A stretch of DNA of 62,458 bases, filler included, from Platydemus manokwari (GCA_037951405.1; 6 parts of 6 records of this genome joined end to end with filler, not necessarily neighbours in it); one strand, 5' to 3'; shown: positions 26,807 to 41,571, counted from the whole stretch's first letter. Program-made: numbers and translations. The notes: generated from the letters alone by a model not told the origin.

Positions 26807-27089
26807 ATGATTGCATTGGTGAGATTATATTGATCATTTTATGTTTATCCTAATAAATTATTATTATTTTATATTAATATTTTAATTTCAGAAATGTTTA
26901 TTGGTACTCGTCACGTCGTTTTCAGTGATGACATCTGCAAATCAAGCAAAAGAGAAATGATTTAGTGGTTGTGAATACAATGACACAACCTGTTATACAA
27001 AGTGTGGGGGTTGGAATTTTGGATCCCAATCGAAATGCGTCATTGACAAAGCAAATTGTTTATGGCAATGTAATAAAAAACACGGTTGA
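26807..27089 (+). pseudogene. Paralog B of the Cys-rich peptide with in-frame TGA (26958-26960); pseudogene or recoded gene; join(26807..26818,26892..27089)
   Basis: Identical exon 1 (atgattgcattg), related intron, same-length exon 2: KCLLVLVTSFSVMTSANQAKEK*FSGCEYNDTTCYTKCGGWNFGSQSKCVIDKANCLWQCNKKHG*; TATAAA at ~26752. Confidence 0.8.
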
Positions 27090-27716
27090 TATCAATGGTT
27101 AAAATGTTGTGAAAAATAAATCAAACTTGGTGAATAAATTTTGATTTGAATTTCGAGTAGATGAACTGGTAATTTTAATATTTGGAGTGTCTTGATTGTG
27201 ATTGATTTTCGAATGATCTCTATCAACAATGAAATATATTTCTTGAGATCTATAAATTCAATATAACACAAGTTCAGTTTTGGAATGTCCTGAAACTGCT
27301 GTTTTGAGATGAAACTGCTGATGAAAGTTCCTTTAACAATTCTGAAAGGCGTATGCAAATTCCCTTCTCGTTTGGTATTCCACAAATCTTCCATTCCTCA
27401 TATTATCACATTATTTTCATTTTAGTATATTAAAATCTATTTAATCTTCATCTCATTCATTTTAATAGATTTAAATATGCCAGTCATTTATAATTGAGAA
27501 TTTTAAATAAATTAAACAATTCTTTCAGATTATTATCATTATAATAAATAATTATATTACTATACTATTAATATAATATTATTATAGATTTCTATTTAAC
27601 GTTCAATTCGCTAGAGCAGGGGCGCAAAGCATTAAATACGGGCGTCTAAAATTTTTAATTCTAAAATAAAATTTTTTAGTTATAATTTCTGGTTTGTTGT
27701 AAGTAAATTATTGTAT

Positions 27717-27816
27717 NNNNNNNNNNNNNNNNNNNNNNNNNNNNNNNNNNNNNNNNNNNNTTAATTAATTAANNNNNNNNNNNNNNNNNNNNNNNNNNNN
27801 NNNNNNNNNNNNNNNN
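27717..27816. other. Assembly linker (44N + TTAATTAATTAA + 44N)
   Basis: Same structure as the other linkers. Confidence 0.97.
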
Positions 27817-27903
27817 TATCTGTCTATCTGTCTATCTGTCTATCTGTCTATCTGTCTATCTGTCTATCTGTCTATCTGTCTATCTGTCTATCTGTCTATC
27901 TAT
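27817..27903. repeat. (TATCTGTC)n tandem repeat at contig edge
   Basis: About 10 perfect 8-nt units. Confidence 0.95.
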
Positions 27904-29966
27904 TAAATTAAAATATTAAAATATTATATAACAATTAAAATATTAAAATATTATATAACAATTAAAATATTAAAATAATAAATCCATTACCATTTAAATT
28001 CTACTTCTGAAAAACTCACATCAACAATGACAACTCCATGTCAGGGTTACAAAAACAATATCATTTCAGAATGGAATTTTAGAACATTTTTAACTTTTTG
28101 TATTTATGCTATTGTATATGTTAATGCATTGCTCATGTATTTTGTGTGTTGTACGTAAATACAATTATCTACATGTTTCATAGATATTTTTTTTATTAAT
28201 TTATTTTGAACCCTTAGTTCAACTATGAAGCATAGTTTATTTGTGAGCTCGCCTCCCGATGATACATAAATATCAATATTCCATTCTTAACGTTAGTGCA
28301 AATTGTTATTAGCAGTTTTGAAGATTATTTTCCCTTTTGGAATTAATAATGTAAAATTCCAGCATGTTCGCATGTGGTGAAATAAAGTCAATAAACATCT
28401 GCTAAATATAACAATTTCAAAACAAAATCGTGACCATATCAAAATTGATTAATTCCTTCAAAGCTAGAAATTTAATTAGCCAAATGATGAATTAGATGAT
28501 TCAAATATATTGAGAAACAATGTCAGTTCGCAGTTGATTCAGTTCTTTCATAAAATCCCTAAATTCTAGAGGAACCCTGTTGAATTGAGAGAAATGCCTT
28601 CAGCAAAAATTGATAAAACAATAACTCCTCATTATGATGTCCTGTGTACAGGAAGTATATCAATCTATGTGCCAGAAGTTAAAATATTTGTTGTGATATT
28701 GGTTATGACTTACAATTTCTGCTATGCTTGTATTCCTGGTTTTTATTTTCCTGTCATGTTATTTTTTTATTTGTTGTTTTTAGAATATTTTTGCATGATT
28801 TCTTTGCAAAAATCGATATATATATATAGTTGATAAACATATGTATAGCTCTTGTATGTAGCTTTTCCATCAAAAAAACCAATTAAGTCATGAATTTCAT
28901 AATTGAATTATTTTGTCGTTTATTACTATTCTTTAATTTTTTATTTGCTATGCTTTAGATAAATTAGAGACACTGAAGCAAGAAAATTAGAATTTGTTAG
29001 AAAGAATTTTAAAAATAAAACTGAAAATTAGATTTTAAATGAAATTCAGTTCCTTGACCTTTAAATTAAATAAAATATCAAATCTTCAATCATTTCATCA
29101 AGCTTTTTCTGTCATTAATACTAGGTCTATTTCCTATTACAATATTACACACAACAACGTTCACAGTTGTGTTGAATATGATATATAAATAGTTATATAA
29201 TAATACAGATGTAATACATAAATAATTATAATAATTGTAGACATAAATATTTAACATAAAAATTGAAATCATCACGATTATTTATTATGAATAATTCCCG
29301 TTGCTATAACAATGTCATGCGAACCTATATATCTTAAAATTCAAAATCAAATTACCACTCCAACGCGGCAAATTATCATAGAAAATCACTAACAATAATA
29401 ATATAAATCATGCAACATACAAAACAGAAATTATACCAAAAGAATCAAACACAGTAAATTAGCACATAAATTCGCATTCAATTCGAATAAAGCGTCACTT
29501 TTCTCGTGAGTTTAATCTCATTTGTGATCCAGAATCTTGAGGATATTATTTATTTGCGAATTACTATTACATTACGGATACTGATCGCATTCATTTACAA
29601 ATCAAATTCCTTTTCAATCAGCTTTCAAGGCAATTATAGTAAACATCATTAACTTCTGCCTTTTTCAATTTATATCAATTCCCGAAAGGAGATTGGTTAT
29701 AATTTTATAAATTCATTAATCTACAAAGCTAAAAAAGAATGTGTTGAAACTTAAAATCCAATCCCCCATTGGTTTATATAAAAATAATGCGGCTCTTAGT
29801 TCCCTCCGTCATTTTTTTTCGCTTTTTGTCATAACACTTCTCACTTCTTGTTTCTTATATTATACATATCTACTCCTAATTCATGTCATAAATTGTGCTT
29901 AAATCATCGATAATAAATTGTTGGTTTAAGTTTGATACATTCACCACAGAGTGACAAGCTTAACTA

Positions 29967-30270
29967 TCACAATTTGGTTCTGATAGTTCCACGCCCAGTT
30001 AGTTTGACTGAATTAATAGAGATTCTCATCATCATCGGAGCAGACCAACTCGTTATATCGATTTCAGTTTTGTTGCATGCCAGTTTTCGGTTTTGGTATC
30101 CCATGCTTTGGTGATAATTCCACTGGTCTTTCGCAGATTGGAAGTTTGCTCGAATGCATTTGTATGTGATTGCCTCCACTAGATCATTTTTGAAGCCTAA
30201 ATTTCGTAGAATTTGTTTATTTTGTGGAGCCCATGTGCCAAGAAACCAACTACAAAGATATGTAATTCAA
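29967..30270 (-). mobile_element. 5'-truncated RLE-type (R2/NeSL-like) non-LTR retrotransposon, end of the restriction-like endonuclease domain
   Basis: ELHIFVVG/(frameshift)LGTWAPQNKQILRNLGF..AITYKCIRANFQSAKDQWNYH matches the RLE tail pattern IVGSLGSWxxxNxxxLxxLG...S..IW..H. Confidence 0.62.
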
Positions 30271-32329
30271 AAAATAGTAATAATAAAAACTAATAATAGC
30301 ATAATGAAAATGTGAAATTAAAAGAACAATATAAATATAACGTCCTTTACAAAATATAATTATCGCATCAACATATTCGTGATTTTAATTATCAATTCAA
30401 CACATTCGTTATTCTCATGTAATATGAAACTCAATTATCAATTTCTACTCAACTCGGAACACCACATAATTTCGAATCTCATCAAATTAAGACCCACAAT
30501 GAGATACAAAAACATAAATATGCGAAGGGAAAATTGAGCTTTACATATTTCTCAATGATTGACTTTGAAAAATCTAACAGAAAAATCTGCTAAGTAAAAA
30601 ATTCTGCTGAGAAGACTTGTCAAAGAAATCATTTCAAGTGAATCATTAATTAAATTGTCCAGCAGCAAGCCGTTAAGCAAAATTTTCTTGATTAACAATT
30701 GATAACTTTTTAATAAATTCTATTGAATAATCATTCATAACGACACCGTAAAAACTTTGTTTTGAACCCAGTTAAATTAAACTATATTTTTATAAAATAA
30801 AACCAACATTAAAGTGATCGAAAATCTTGTAGTTTTGGAGACACTAGACCTAACCATCTTTAAGCTATTCAGCAAATTAGATCTCATACTGGCACAGCCA
30901 TCCCTCATAATAAATAAGTTCTATCACATTATAGCCTTAAAAACAACAGTCATCATAATTAAAAGGCCTATAATTGCTGCGTGGTTATTTGCGTTATTTT
31001 AATCATGAAATTTTATTGTATTTGTTGTATAATCGGTCATTTTAGAATCTGTAATAACAATTATACTGTATCCATTGCAATACTTATTCTATTATTAATT
31101 TAAACTTATAATATTCATATTCGTCCATAATTATACATAGTTATAATCATATAGACATTACTCATTGACAAGCTCCTTTAGATTTATAAGTCTTTCGTTT
31201 CAAATAATAGTCAATGAAAGAGTCAGGTTTCACTGAAATTATCAGACTCGTCTGTTGATAGACAATAGTGTATTGATCGTGGAAGCATTGGGATTGTAAT
31301 TATTGTCAAGCTAGCACCATATAATTTATTCCTAACCGAACGTAATAGTAAAAATTATATAGGCTCTGCTTAATTGGGCAGAAAGTGTTCCTCAAAATTA
31401 GACAATGAGGAGGTAAATAAAGTGAGAAGATTATTTATTGAAAACAATTAGAAGATTATGAATATACCCAAAAATTGTTTGTAAAAATTGATGATTTTGC
31501 AATTTTTTGAGTTATCTAGAAATCAAAGCTGGTTGGCAGTAAAAGCAACTTTCATTATGAATCTAATTTTTATCGTCTAAATTTAGTAACAAAAAATTAC
31601 AAGCTTGTACTTACCTTCGTGACTTAAAAAGAGTAATTATCGAAATAATTTTTTTGTTTTATATTTTTATTATTTATCTTTAATATCTTTGGAATCTCTC
31701 ATATTGGGCTCTTAAAAATAAAAGAGTTCTACCAATGGAAATGCACTTTGATTATCTCTAGCACTAATCGAATGCTTTTAATTGAGGTCATTTTTCTATT
31801 TTTCACCACTCTTGACCTTTTTTCACTGAATTTTTAGATTTCGAAATATTTTTTTTCTAATTTTTTCCTTAATAAACTAAAAAACTTCATTTGGTTTCCT
31901 TAAAATTAAAAATTTTTGTTGTTATATATTTTGAAGCATTGCACTTTTACTGACTCTGTAAATTAACTTTGTCTTTCAAATCGAAGGAGCCATAAATTTC
32001 CAAGGTACCTCTTCTACTAATTCTCCGATCATATAAAATGTTATTTTATTTTTAATAACAAAGAAATAAATTAGTGCGATGATTAGAAGTTTTGATATTC
32101 AATTTAATTTAATTTTTTAACATCTATTTCCCTATTAATAATGAATTCGTTCATTTAGTATCTTAAAATTGATTTACAGATTAGCTTTCTTATATTTGTG
32201 TTGGTTTTCGTTTTATTGAACTAATTTGGTATAAATTTGACAATTAAAATTATATTTGATTAATAAATATACGCTTATGAAATTTTTAAAAGTAATATAA
32301 TATATTTCTGAATTCGAACAAGTGTCTGA

Positions 32330-32560
32330 GCGTTAGATTAAATACTAATACAAATACCACAACCACTGTGAATAAGTAATTTTTCGACTATTCTCTGCAA
32401 AAAAACAGTAATTAAAACAAGTTATTTTGGCTATTAAAAGAAGATAAATTAACGAAGTGGGTTCCCATTATGTAACTACATAGGAAATTAGTTGCGCAGA
32501 TAATTTATATTGTGCGTTACGACAGAAAGAAACAAAAATAAAATTGTTCGAAAAATTATT
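32330..32560 (+). mobile_element. Possible mariner transposase fossil
   Basis: KLTKWVP (WVPHEL motif) flanked by NTTT and CALRQ remnants; frameshifted. Confidence 0.27.
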
Positions 32561-35043
32561 ATATTCAAATGAAAATAAAGGTGATCTTGTCAATTAATTT
32601 AATTATCGAACAAGAATAATAACACATAATTATATTTCAAATTCCAAAAGTCGATAAGAATGAGAAACTTGAATTTAAAGTTATTAAAATTCTCAAGACC
32701 TGCTTACTTACCAATAACAGAGCATGAGATGACCTGGAATAACTGAGGAATGTATAGAAATTTAAATCTATTCTGTCAAAACGGCAATAATTTTTAAAGT
32801 TGATAGTGGACGGAGATTTTTCTAATAATTACTAATCACCGATAAAGCGGTTTTTAACTATGCCTACGATTATCCAAATTACTGTTTTTCAATGAATAGG
32901 TTGTAGTGGATATAACATAAGCAAAACACTTAGAATCATGATGACTATAATTAAATCACAAAATAAACAACAGAAGAAGTCGCGGCCGATCAAGACATAG
33001 TGGATAGATTAAAGAAAAATTACCAGAGAAGCTATATTCTACTTAGTGATGGCTTGTAAAGATGCTTGTAAATTTTGTATGTGTCTAGATTTACTTCAAG
33101 TTTCATTCGATTTTAAATTTTTGAAGCTTCCCCAGTATGTAATGATGTTTATATTCACTTGAAAATACATGTCTTTATTGTATTGATTTTGATTGGTTGT
33201 TTAGATGTATATGCTTCCGTGAATATTAGTGTGTAGGGACTTGCAAAAGGATTTTTGATGATAGGTTTCCTATGATCTCAGAAATTATTTCAGGATAAGT
33301 AGATATTATTCTATTCCATGCTGATTATAAGCAATGTCTAGTAACTGGTTTTTATTTTGAGGATTTTATTTGCTGCTACAATAATTTTATTTTTGTTTTA
33401 CCATAAAAAATTTTGCAACTATCTATATTTTCTACTTGTTCAGTTATTTATAATTTTGGATTTGATTAAGTTTCATTCATCAACAAATTATTTAAACGGT
33501 CTCAATGGCAGCCATGTTATTACATGAAATATTTTAAAAATTTTCAATAGATAAGAATAAGTTGTAAATAAATTAAAATGTTGGGCCGCACAATTTTAGT
33601 CATTATCAGTTAGAGAAAATTGTTATTTCATTATTAAACATCTATAGGCAACTTGATGAGAAATCAAGCTGGGTTTAATATTAATGCTTATTTGATTACG
33701 AAATGAGAATTCAATATAAAAAACTGAGCTTTGGGAAGGTTGGGAGATGGTCACCAATCGTAAAGATTTATGAAATTTAGCAAATATTGGCTTTTTATAA
33801 CAGGAATTATTTGTTTTTATGTGAGTTTATTTATATTAGTCTTTTAAAGAAGTTAATTTTACTTAAATTATAAATAATCTGTGATAATAAATGGGCGAAC
33901 TCATTATCATTATGCTCACTGAACATATATAAATTGTGATTGGAAGAGACTCGAAATCAGTAAAATAAAAAATAATTATAAGATATTTAACGTTTATCAA
34001 ATCGTTCCTCCAATATCAGATTGTATTAAAATTATATTTGTTAGTTACAAAAATATATTCGTCATTATATAAATATAATTTTATAAATTAATAATTAAAC
34101 CATAACAAATTTCATTTTTAAGTTAAAAAGAGAATTCCTTGAGAGTTTTTACTGAGTTTTTTAACTTGACTATGGTATTTACTTTTATTTCTTCTTACCT
34201 CGTAATGACTGGGCTTCTAACTTCTAGTCACGGTTAAGAAAAACGAGTGAGCTGATAAAGTTAGGAATAACGATGCGAACGCAACTGAAAAATAAACCTT
34301 AATTCTGTATTGTATATCTAGATGTTGAACGAAGTATATTTTTTTTCGAAATAATATATTTATAATATAATAGAGCAAAATAAAAAATTACTCTAAAAAG
34401 TTAGTGAAACGACTACCGTAAAATTAGCTGATGAAATGAATATTTCAGTCTAATAATCGACTAGACTTAAATTAATAATTATAATTCATATAAAAGTATT
34501 TGCAAATAATCAAGATTTATATTAACTAAAACAACGATTTGACAAGACGACTGTTCTTTAATGAGTTCTTATTGCATTTGTAATGCTTAATAAAAGCTTA
34601 AATTTATAATTGCTTTTTCACTGCAGAGTTATATTAGATAAAGGGATATTTTACGGAATCGAACTCAAATGTTGGATTAAAAGAATTTCATAGTGACCGT
34701 AGTGAAACAATATATACACAACGGTTCTATCTAAATGATAATTTTATAAAAGCGCTTACTATCCAAGTCTGAACAGAAATTAAATTAAACAATGTAATTA
34801 AGTTAAACAACATGGCTTAAGTTATGAAAAGAGGTCCTTTGACCGAATTTCGTAATGATGTGACACATATGAGATAATTTTATAACTTAATTTTTTATAT
34901 AATTGTATTGTTTGATTTATTCGTATAATTCAGTTAATACCTCACTTTTAGGGTGTTCAATTTTACTGTCAAACTAAATTTGGTAATGAATAAAGCGAAT
35001 TTTCATTCAAATCTTGGATATTTTAAGAATTATATAAAATAAA

Positions 35044-35645
35044 GGGCTAAAGTTAAGAAAAGGGGTTCTTAAATAAAATTTTTAATTTGTTGAGTGCATT
35101 GCAAAAATCTATATAGTTTATTTAATTATATTATTTAAAAACATTTTGAATTTTTGATTCAAGTATTTAAGAAGGATTTTAGTTGTTTGAAATAAAATAT
35201 TAAGCACAATAGAACTTCAAAATCTCTTAAAATTTTATTATTTGAAAAGCTGATCAAATAACATGTCAAAATGCAATTTATTGAAAATTAGCGAAGACCC
35301 TTTAAAAGCAAGTTGGGACATACTTTAAACTTTTACAATTGTTTAATAAAAACAAGTAATACTAGGCTATTAAACACATCATAAGATTCCTAAATTCATT
35401 TATAATTAAATAAATTAAAATTTGCAAAATCAAAAAATCCTGTAGAAGTGTTATGATTATAATGGGAACTTGATTTTAAAACAATTTTTTGTTCCTATTC
35501 GACATCCTAAAAAGGGTGACATTAACTAAATTTTACTAATAAATCAAACATCGCAATTATATATAAAATTAAGTTATAAAATTACTCAGTCTGCGAAAAT
35601 TTATTATTGTAAAAGTAGACCAAAGACACCTTTTCTTAACTTACG
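35044..35645 (+). mobile_element. ~600-bp MITE-like element, copy 1
   Basis: Starts gggctaaagttaagaaaagg, ends ccttttcttaacttacg; internal sequence aligns with copies at 41572 and 51247. Confidence 0.75.
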
Positions 35646-37371
35646 TTGATTAATTAATTACTATAATTCGATAATAAAAATCTAACAAGTTACTTCATTG
35701 AAATAAATAGATAACTAAAAACAAATGAAAACGTGGTTTAAGCCATTAGTGATTCTTTATTTAGAGGCTCCTCCAAAGATGAACTAACATTTTTGATCTG
35801 AATAGGTTGCTAAAGTGTATTTCGAATTAAGTAATTTTAAAACGTGCAAAACGTGTTGTTCATTAACACGTGTTTTTATTTTATAAATATATCTGAAGAT
35901 TAATGAAACATATATATAATAATGTTTTGTGATAATTTCATCTTTTCGATTCTTTTATAAGTCATAATTATCGAACTAATGGTGAGATTGGTTTGTTCGA
36001 TTTTTGTCTTTAGGGTTTACCTATAGAGATAAAAAATTAACTACATATCATGTTATTTGGGTTTAGTTAGCAAGATTGTTTTTTTTTAATTTTTTCTGCA
36101 ATTGTTAGATTGCGCTTTATTTTTATCGTTTCATTTTGATTTTGATTTTCTTATTGGTTTTATTTAGGTTTTAGTTTTTGGACCTTCGGAATTTTGAAGA
36201 AGTCAGCTTATTTATGATTATTGAGAAGAATAGGAAAGTATCATTACACGGAAGTTTCCACTATTGCGTGATAAATTGTGATAAAAATCCATATTTTGAA
36301 TTCAATGTAAAAAATGTTTGAAGCAGCAAATTATATGAAATGGAGTACCACTTAATTTTTGTTTTTTTTCTCAAAATTCCTCATTAATTTTTTTATATTT
36401 TGAGAGAGAAAGAGTCTATTGCTATTTTGAAAATTTATTATCCGCTGAATATAGTCAGAAATGCATAATACTAGATCATTTAACCACGAGTCGTTTATTC
36501 AATAAAAATACTAACTGGTAGTTCTAATGAATACATCGGAAAACATTTAACAAACATTAAACACGCATAAAGGAAGTTGTGCATTTTGCTTTGTTTGGTT
36601 CAAGATTTTCAGAAATTATTTATTTGCTTTTCCATTAGATTTCTTTTTTTGATATAAATCGGGTTAATAAGTTAAAAATATGTACGAAATGAGCTCGCTC
36701 CGATTTAAAAATCTTTCTAATGCCCAAAAGCTTCTATATTAAATCAATTCGGTTTCCTCTAATGTCTTTTCGGTTGTTTCTTGCATTTTCGATAGTTTAT
36801 CGAATTCAAAAATATCAATTGCATCTGAGATTGATGATTATAATTCCTACTATTTCATTCATTCATTCAACATTCAAATTATCGTATAACACTGATCATC
36901 TCAGACGAAATCTTAATCAAAAATTTTACTGTAGTAAAATGAATACAAAAAATATATGTAAAACTTATTCGATGATGTTTATAAACATGATAATTTTTAT
37001 ACTGTTGGTTTATATAAGGTTTAATTTTCAAATATCGTCGTCATTATGAATGTTCGCATAAAATCAATGTTGTGACTTTCAGTGTAAAATTTAACTGTCA
37101 AGATAAATAAATTTTGAAAAAGTAGATGAGATCATCATCAAGAAATGTTACAATTTATTATGAATCTGAATTATTCAAATTCGAAATAAAATGATAAACA
37201 ATAATTTACTTTCAACGAAAAATAAACTGAAGATTGCAATAAAGTATTCTCAAATACCTCAGTCATTAAAGTTTCTTGCAATTAGTAGCAATCATGTTTA
37301 AAATATTTCAGTGTCTGAGTGAGTTCAGATATATATTTAAATCTAACTACATATATTTGATAAACAATGTA

Positions 37372-37471
37372 NNNNNNNNNNNNNNNNNNNNNNNNNNNNN
37401 NNNNNNNNNNNNNNNTTAATTAATTAANNNNNNNNNNNNNNNNNNNNNNNNNNNNNNNNNNNNNNNNNNNN
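37372..37471. other. Assembly linker (44N + TTAATTAATTAA + 44N)
   Basis: Same structure as the other linkers. Confidence 0.97.
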
Positions 37472-37555
37472 TTATTATTATTATTATTCTTATTATTATT
37501 ATTATTATTATAAGTATTATTAATATTATTGTGATTATTATTATTATTGTTGTTG

Positions 37556-37617
<62 letters not shown>

Positions 37618-37625
37618 GTTATTAT
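37472..37625. repeat. Imperfect (ATT)n microsatellite at contig edge
   Basis: Direct inspection. Confidence 0.93.
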
Positions 37626-40600
37626 AATTAAATGTCGTCTAATTCATTTGAGTGATATTTTTATATAATTTATATTTTGTAATTTCAACGGTTGATGATT
37701 AAATCCATTGTTGTAATATCGGTACTAAATTCAGTTCAATTTCACCATCAGTGATGCTTTAATATAAATATTTATTCACGATTCCAAGAACTACTTTTAA
37801 ATTACCTTATAAATATCGATCGATTTAATTTCAATATTTATGGGTAATTCTCGAAAAACCTTATTCATTAAAACAAATATTTATTCAATTTTGATAAAGC
37901 CTGTCTTAGATCGTAACATATATTGAAGAATTTTCACTTTGAATAATCGATAATCACCTGTTCGACATTTTAATGTTTCACTAATGATATGATATGAATG
38001 ATATAATAAATACACACTACTGTTTGTTAGTCGAATATAAATCAGTCGATGTCATTTTGATATTTACTATGCTAATATATTGATTGATATTATTTAATTT
38101 GATTGTGATAGATCTTTTTCGATTATTGGAATTATAAATTCAATTGTGTATTTTTTGGATGTAGTAGTGTAACGCAGATTCAGTAGCTTTAATATTGACA
38201 ATCTCGATTAAAGAAGGTTTTACGTAATAAGTGAAGTGATATTGATTTTAAAGAAATATCAACACTGACTGAACCATTGAAATTATAGGCCTTAATATAA
38301 TGAATCGTGTAGATTACCGAAATGATGTGAACTTTTCTCTGAAATAAATATTTATTCGATTGAATATGGTTTACAAAAAGTTATGTACAGCAGTGATTAT
38401 GAGGCATTTACTGACATTTGAACCAAAAATTATTTTCAACTACAGCCACTGGTCAATCATTAATTTGATAGTCAAGGTGATTTGAATCGGTAGTGAGGTT
38501 TGGCATGGTGGTGTGTTTGAGATACTACTCGGTACTGACGTGTAGAAATTGTGAAACTGATATCGATCTATTGGTGAACTATTTGTTGGAACTTTCACAA
38601 CACTCACAATATGATTTAAATGCAATCTGAAAATAAATGATATAATCCAATTAAAATTCCAATTTGGATTATTTTATTTATCTCAGATATAATACTTTTG
38701 GCTAATATTTATCAAACATATTTTCACACGAGTTTTCCCCTATGAATCACATATGATTCAAGTTCTGAAATACTATCTCAGATTGGAATAAATATTTCCA
38801 ACAGCTAATATTATGTGTTGGGAATTTTAAATTTTAATTTTGCTATACGGTTTTTTTGTTTTTGCAGTTTGTGATATTTATGGTTAGCATATCTCATTTA
38901 TGTGCTCTGCCAGCAATGCTACGAAAAACAATGTTGTCCTCAACGAGAGTCGATCAATCTAATTTACCAGCATCAGTTACAGTTTATGATTGATTTCTAT
39001 AATATGAGACCTATTTTTGGATTTTTGTTTCATATATATATATATATAAATGAATTAGCCATTTATGAAAATTTATCAAATAATTACGCGCTTGCTATTA
39101 TATCCAATGCTATTTTAGATTTCTGATGAATTATAATGGGTGTTATGGTTTATGGATTTTACAGGAATAATTAAATGATAAAATATATCTTTACCAATCA
39201 ATATCTATTAGAATGACATAATGCTAATGATTATTCATCAATAGTTACATAACAATATAATGATAAAACACTAATGGATTGAAATCATTGAAATTTATCG
39301 CATCATTGAATTCGTCACCAGATATTGGATTAATAATGGGTTTTTATTTATTTATAATATTGATTTTCGTACATCTAAATCACTGGGTTTGTTTGTGTTT
39401 TCATTTGATACGGTTGAATGAAAATTGATGGTCTTAACAAGACCCGTCATATAATTTATTGTTTTTACAATATTTATAAAATAGATTCGATATATAATCA
39501 TTATAAAAATAGTCATAGGTATTTGTGTATTGTACATACTACTGACAAATTAAAATAGATATGCTACAATAATCAGGAAATCAATTCAATTCCTAATCAA
39601 GGGAATCCATCTTTCTATAATTGGGTGTATAATTGTTATCTTATCTAATTGGCATGATATGTATGGAGATCTATATATTAGATTGATTCTATTACAATTC
39701 CAAATGAATTTGTTGAGATGTTTATCGAAAATTATCATGATCTACAAATCAATGGAAAATTGTTTCGTCAAACAGGTGCTATATAAAATATAATTTTTTT
39801 AAATTTTTGCAATGCTTGGGGTGATAAATATTATGATTTTGAAAAACTTTTAATAATAATAACATTAAAAAATTATAACAGTAATAATATTTTATTTATG
39901 ACGACATTGGTTTCAATTGTGCTCGACTCTTTATGGGAATCGTTTAAAAATAATAAATCGTCAATAATAAATTTCCATTCAATACGACGAGCTTCAGCAA
40001 TTATAATGATCATAAATAAATCAATAAAATAAAATTACACATCAATAAATCAATCAATGAAACCGGTTAATAATGAATGTGTTGTAATCTGGACGAAATT
40101 ATGTAAAAGATAAATATTTTCTATATTATCATTAGCTTGATGGTAAGTATTTATTTTCGTTTTTTTATTAAAGAAAATTTAAACTACTGAAAAAAGGTTA
40201 TTATTTTAAACATATTATTCTATTTAATTTATTCTTAGTATAAATGATCAATTTATAATTAATTATTTCGATTCCAATAATTTTAATAAGATGATGACAA
40301 AAAAAATCAGTTCACGCTTGAAATATTTTGTTGACACCATAATAAACAACATTTGATAAAGTATATATGTACAATCGATAATTTTATCGACTATTTCTCG
40401 TTTAAATATCCAATGGTAAACAGGATGATTTTACAACAAATGGCTTTATTTGTTGACAACGAAATTTCTGATGGTCTCCCACAGGAATTGAAAAGGGAAA
40501 ATTATGGAAATATTGTGAAAAATATTTGATAAATGACAAATCCAAATTGAAAAAATGATTAACGACAATTTGAATAATATTGATGGTTCGATATTTACAT

Positions 40601-41571
40601 GATATCAGTTATTCTTAAATTATTATTAATTTTGAAATTTTGTTTTAATGCTGACTGATAATTTTTGGAGGTACATATAAATTTGAAAGCATTTGTGTTT
40701 GTAACGAGTACCCATGTGCAGCGATTGGTTGGAGGACATTGATTATTGGTTGGATTCCACTCATCATTAAATGGTTGATTGGAAATGAATGAGAAATGAG
40801 CATATCAGTGGACTACAATGTTAAGATTGGCAAAATTTCAATTGGTAGTTACTCATAATAATTAAACCATCACTCATTTTTATTGTGTGCACCGGATGAA
40901 CATTTTCAATGAATTCCCACATTTATAATTTCATAGAAAATTAAATCAAACTCTATTTTAATCGAAAATTATAAATATTGTAAAACACTAAACAATGATG
41001 GTCATTTATTTCGATATTGTTCCAATATTACATCAATCAAGTAAATATTTCATCACATATATCCTCTTTTATAATAAATTAATTTTTCTATTTTATATTC
41101 ATCAATTGTTGTTGTTTTGGATTTTTATATTGGATATTAAGATTTTTTTAATATGAGCGTTATTAGTGTAATTTATCTTGCGGCTATGGATTGCATTCGC
41201 AATGTAAAATATTGAGAAAAATCATAATATTGTTATTGAATGATTAATAAATTCATATTAATGTTATAAAATTTCTTTCTTTTTTCAAAATATTTCATGA
41301 TGCATTTCATATTGATTCAACACCGAATGATGTTGATTTGAACCTTTTAATTTTAGTGTCCAATACTTTGCCTTCAATTACTCAAACCGTTACCAATAAT
41401 ATTTTCATTTGGTCGCACAATTATTCCGTATAAACACAAAAGAGCCTATATTGATTAATTTAAATACAATTGATGTTAACTTTATTAACTTAAAAATTAT
41501 AACCATAATTCTTTAAATAATATTTTACAAAAAAATTAATTAACAATGCTTGGCGGTGCTATTTTATTAAA

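Noticed and set aside
27160-27215. Possible SECIS (ATGA...AA...GA) downstream of peptide B
   Set aside because: Stem pairing looks poor and it lies beyond two AATAAA signals; unsupported without a SECIS search.
27092-27394. 100-aa minus-strand ORF
   Set aside because: No recognisable motif or splice support.
34560-34870. AYYPSLN resembling Tc1/IS630 PxYSPDLNPIE
   Set aside because: Too degenerate to support.
38400-40800. Scattered Cys-containing exon-like pieces (SYCECC, CQQCYEKQCC, CVCNEYPC) suggesting a three-finger protein
   Set aside because: They lie on different strands or frames, and no consistent spliced model could be built.
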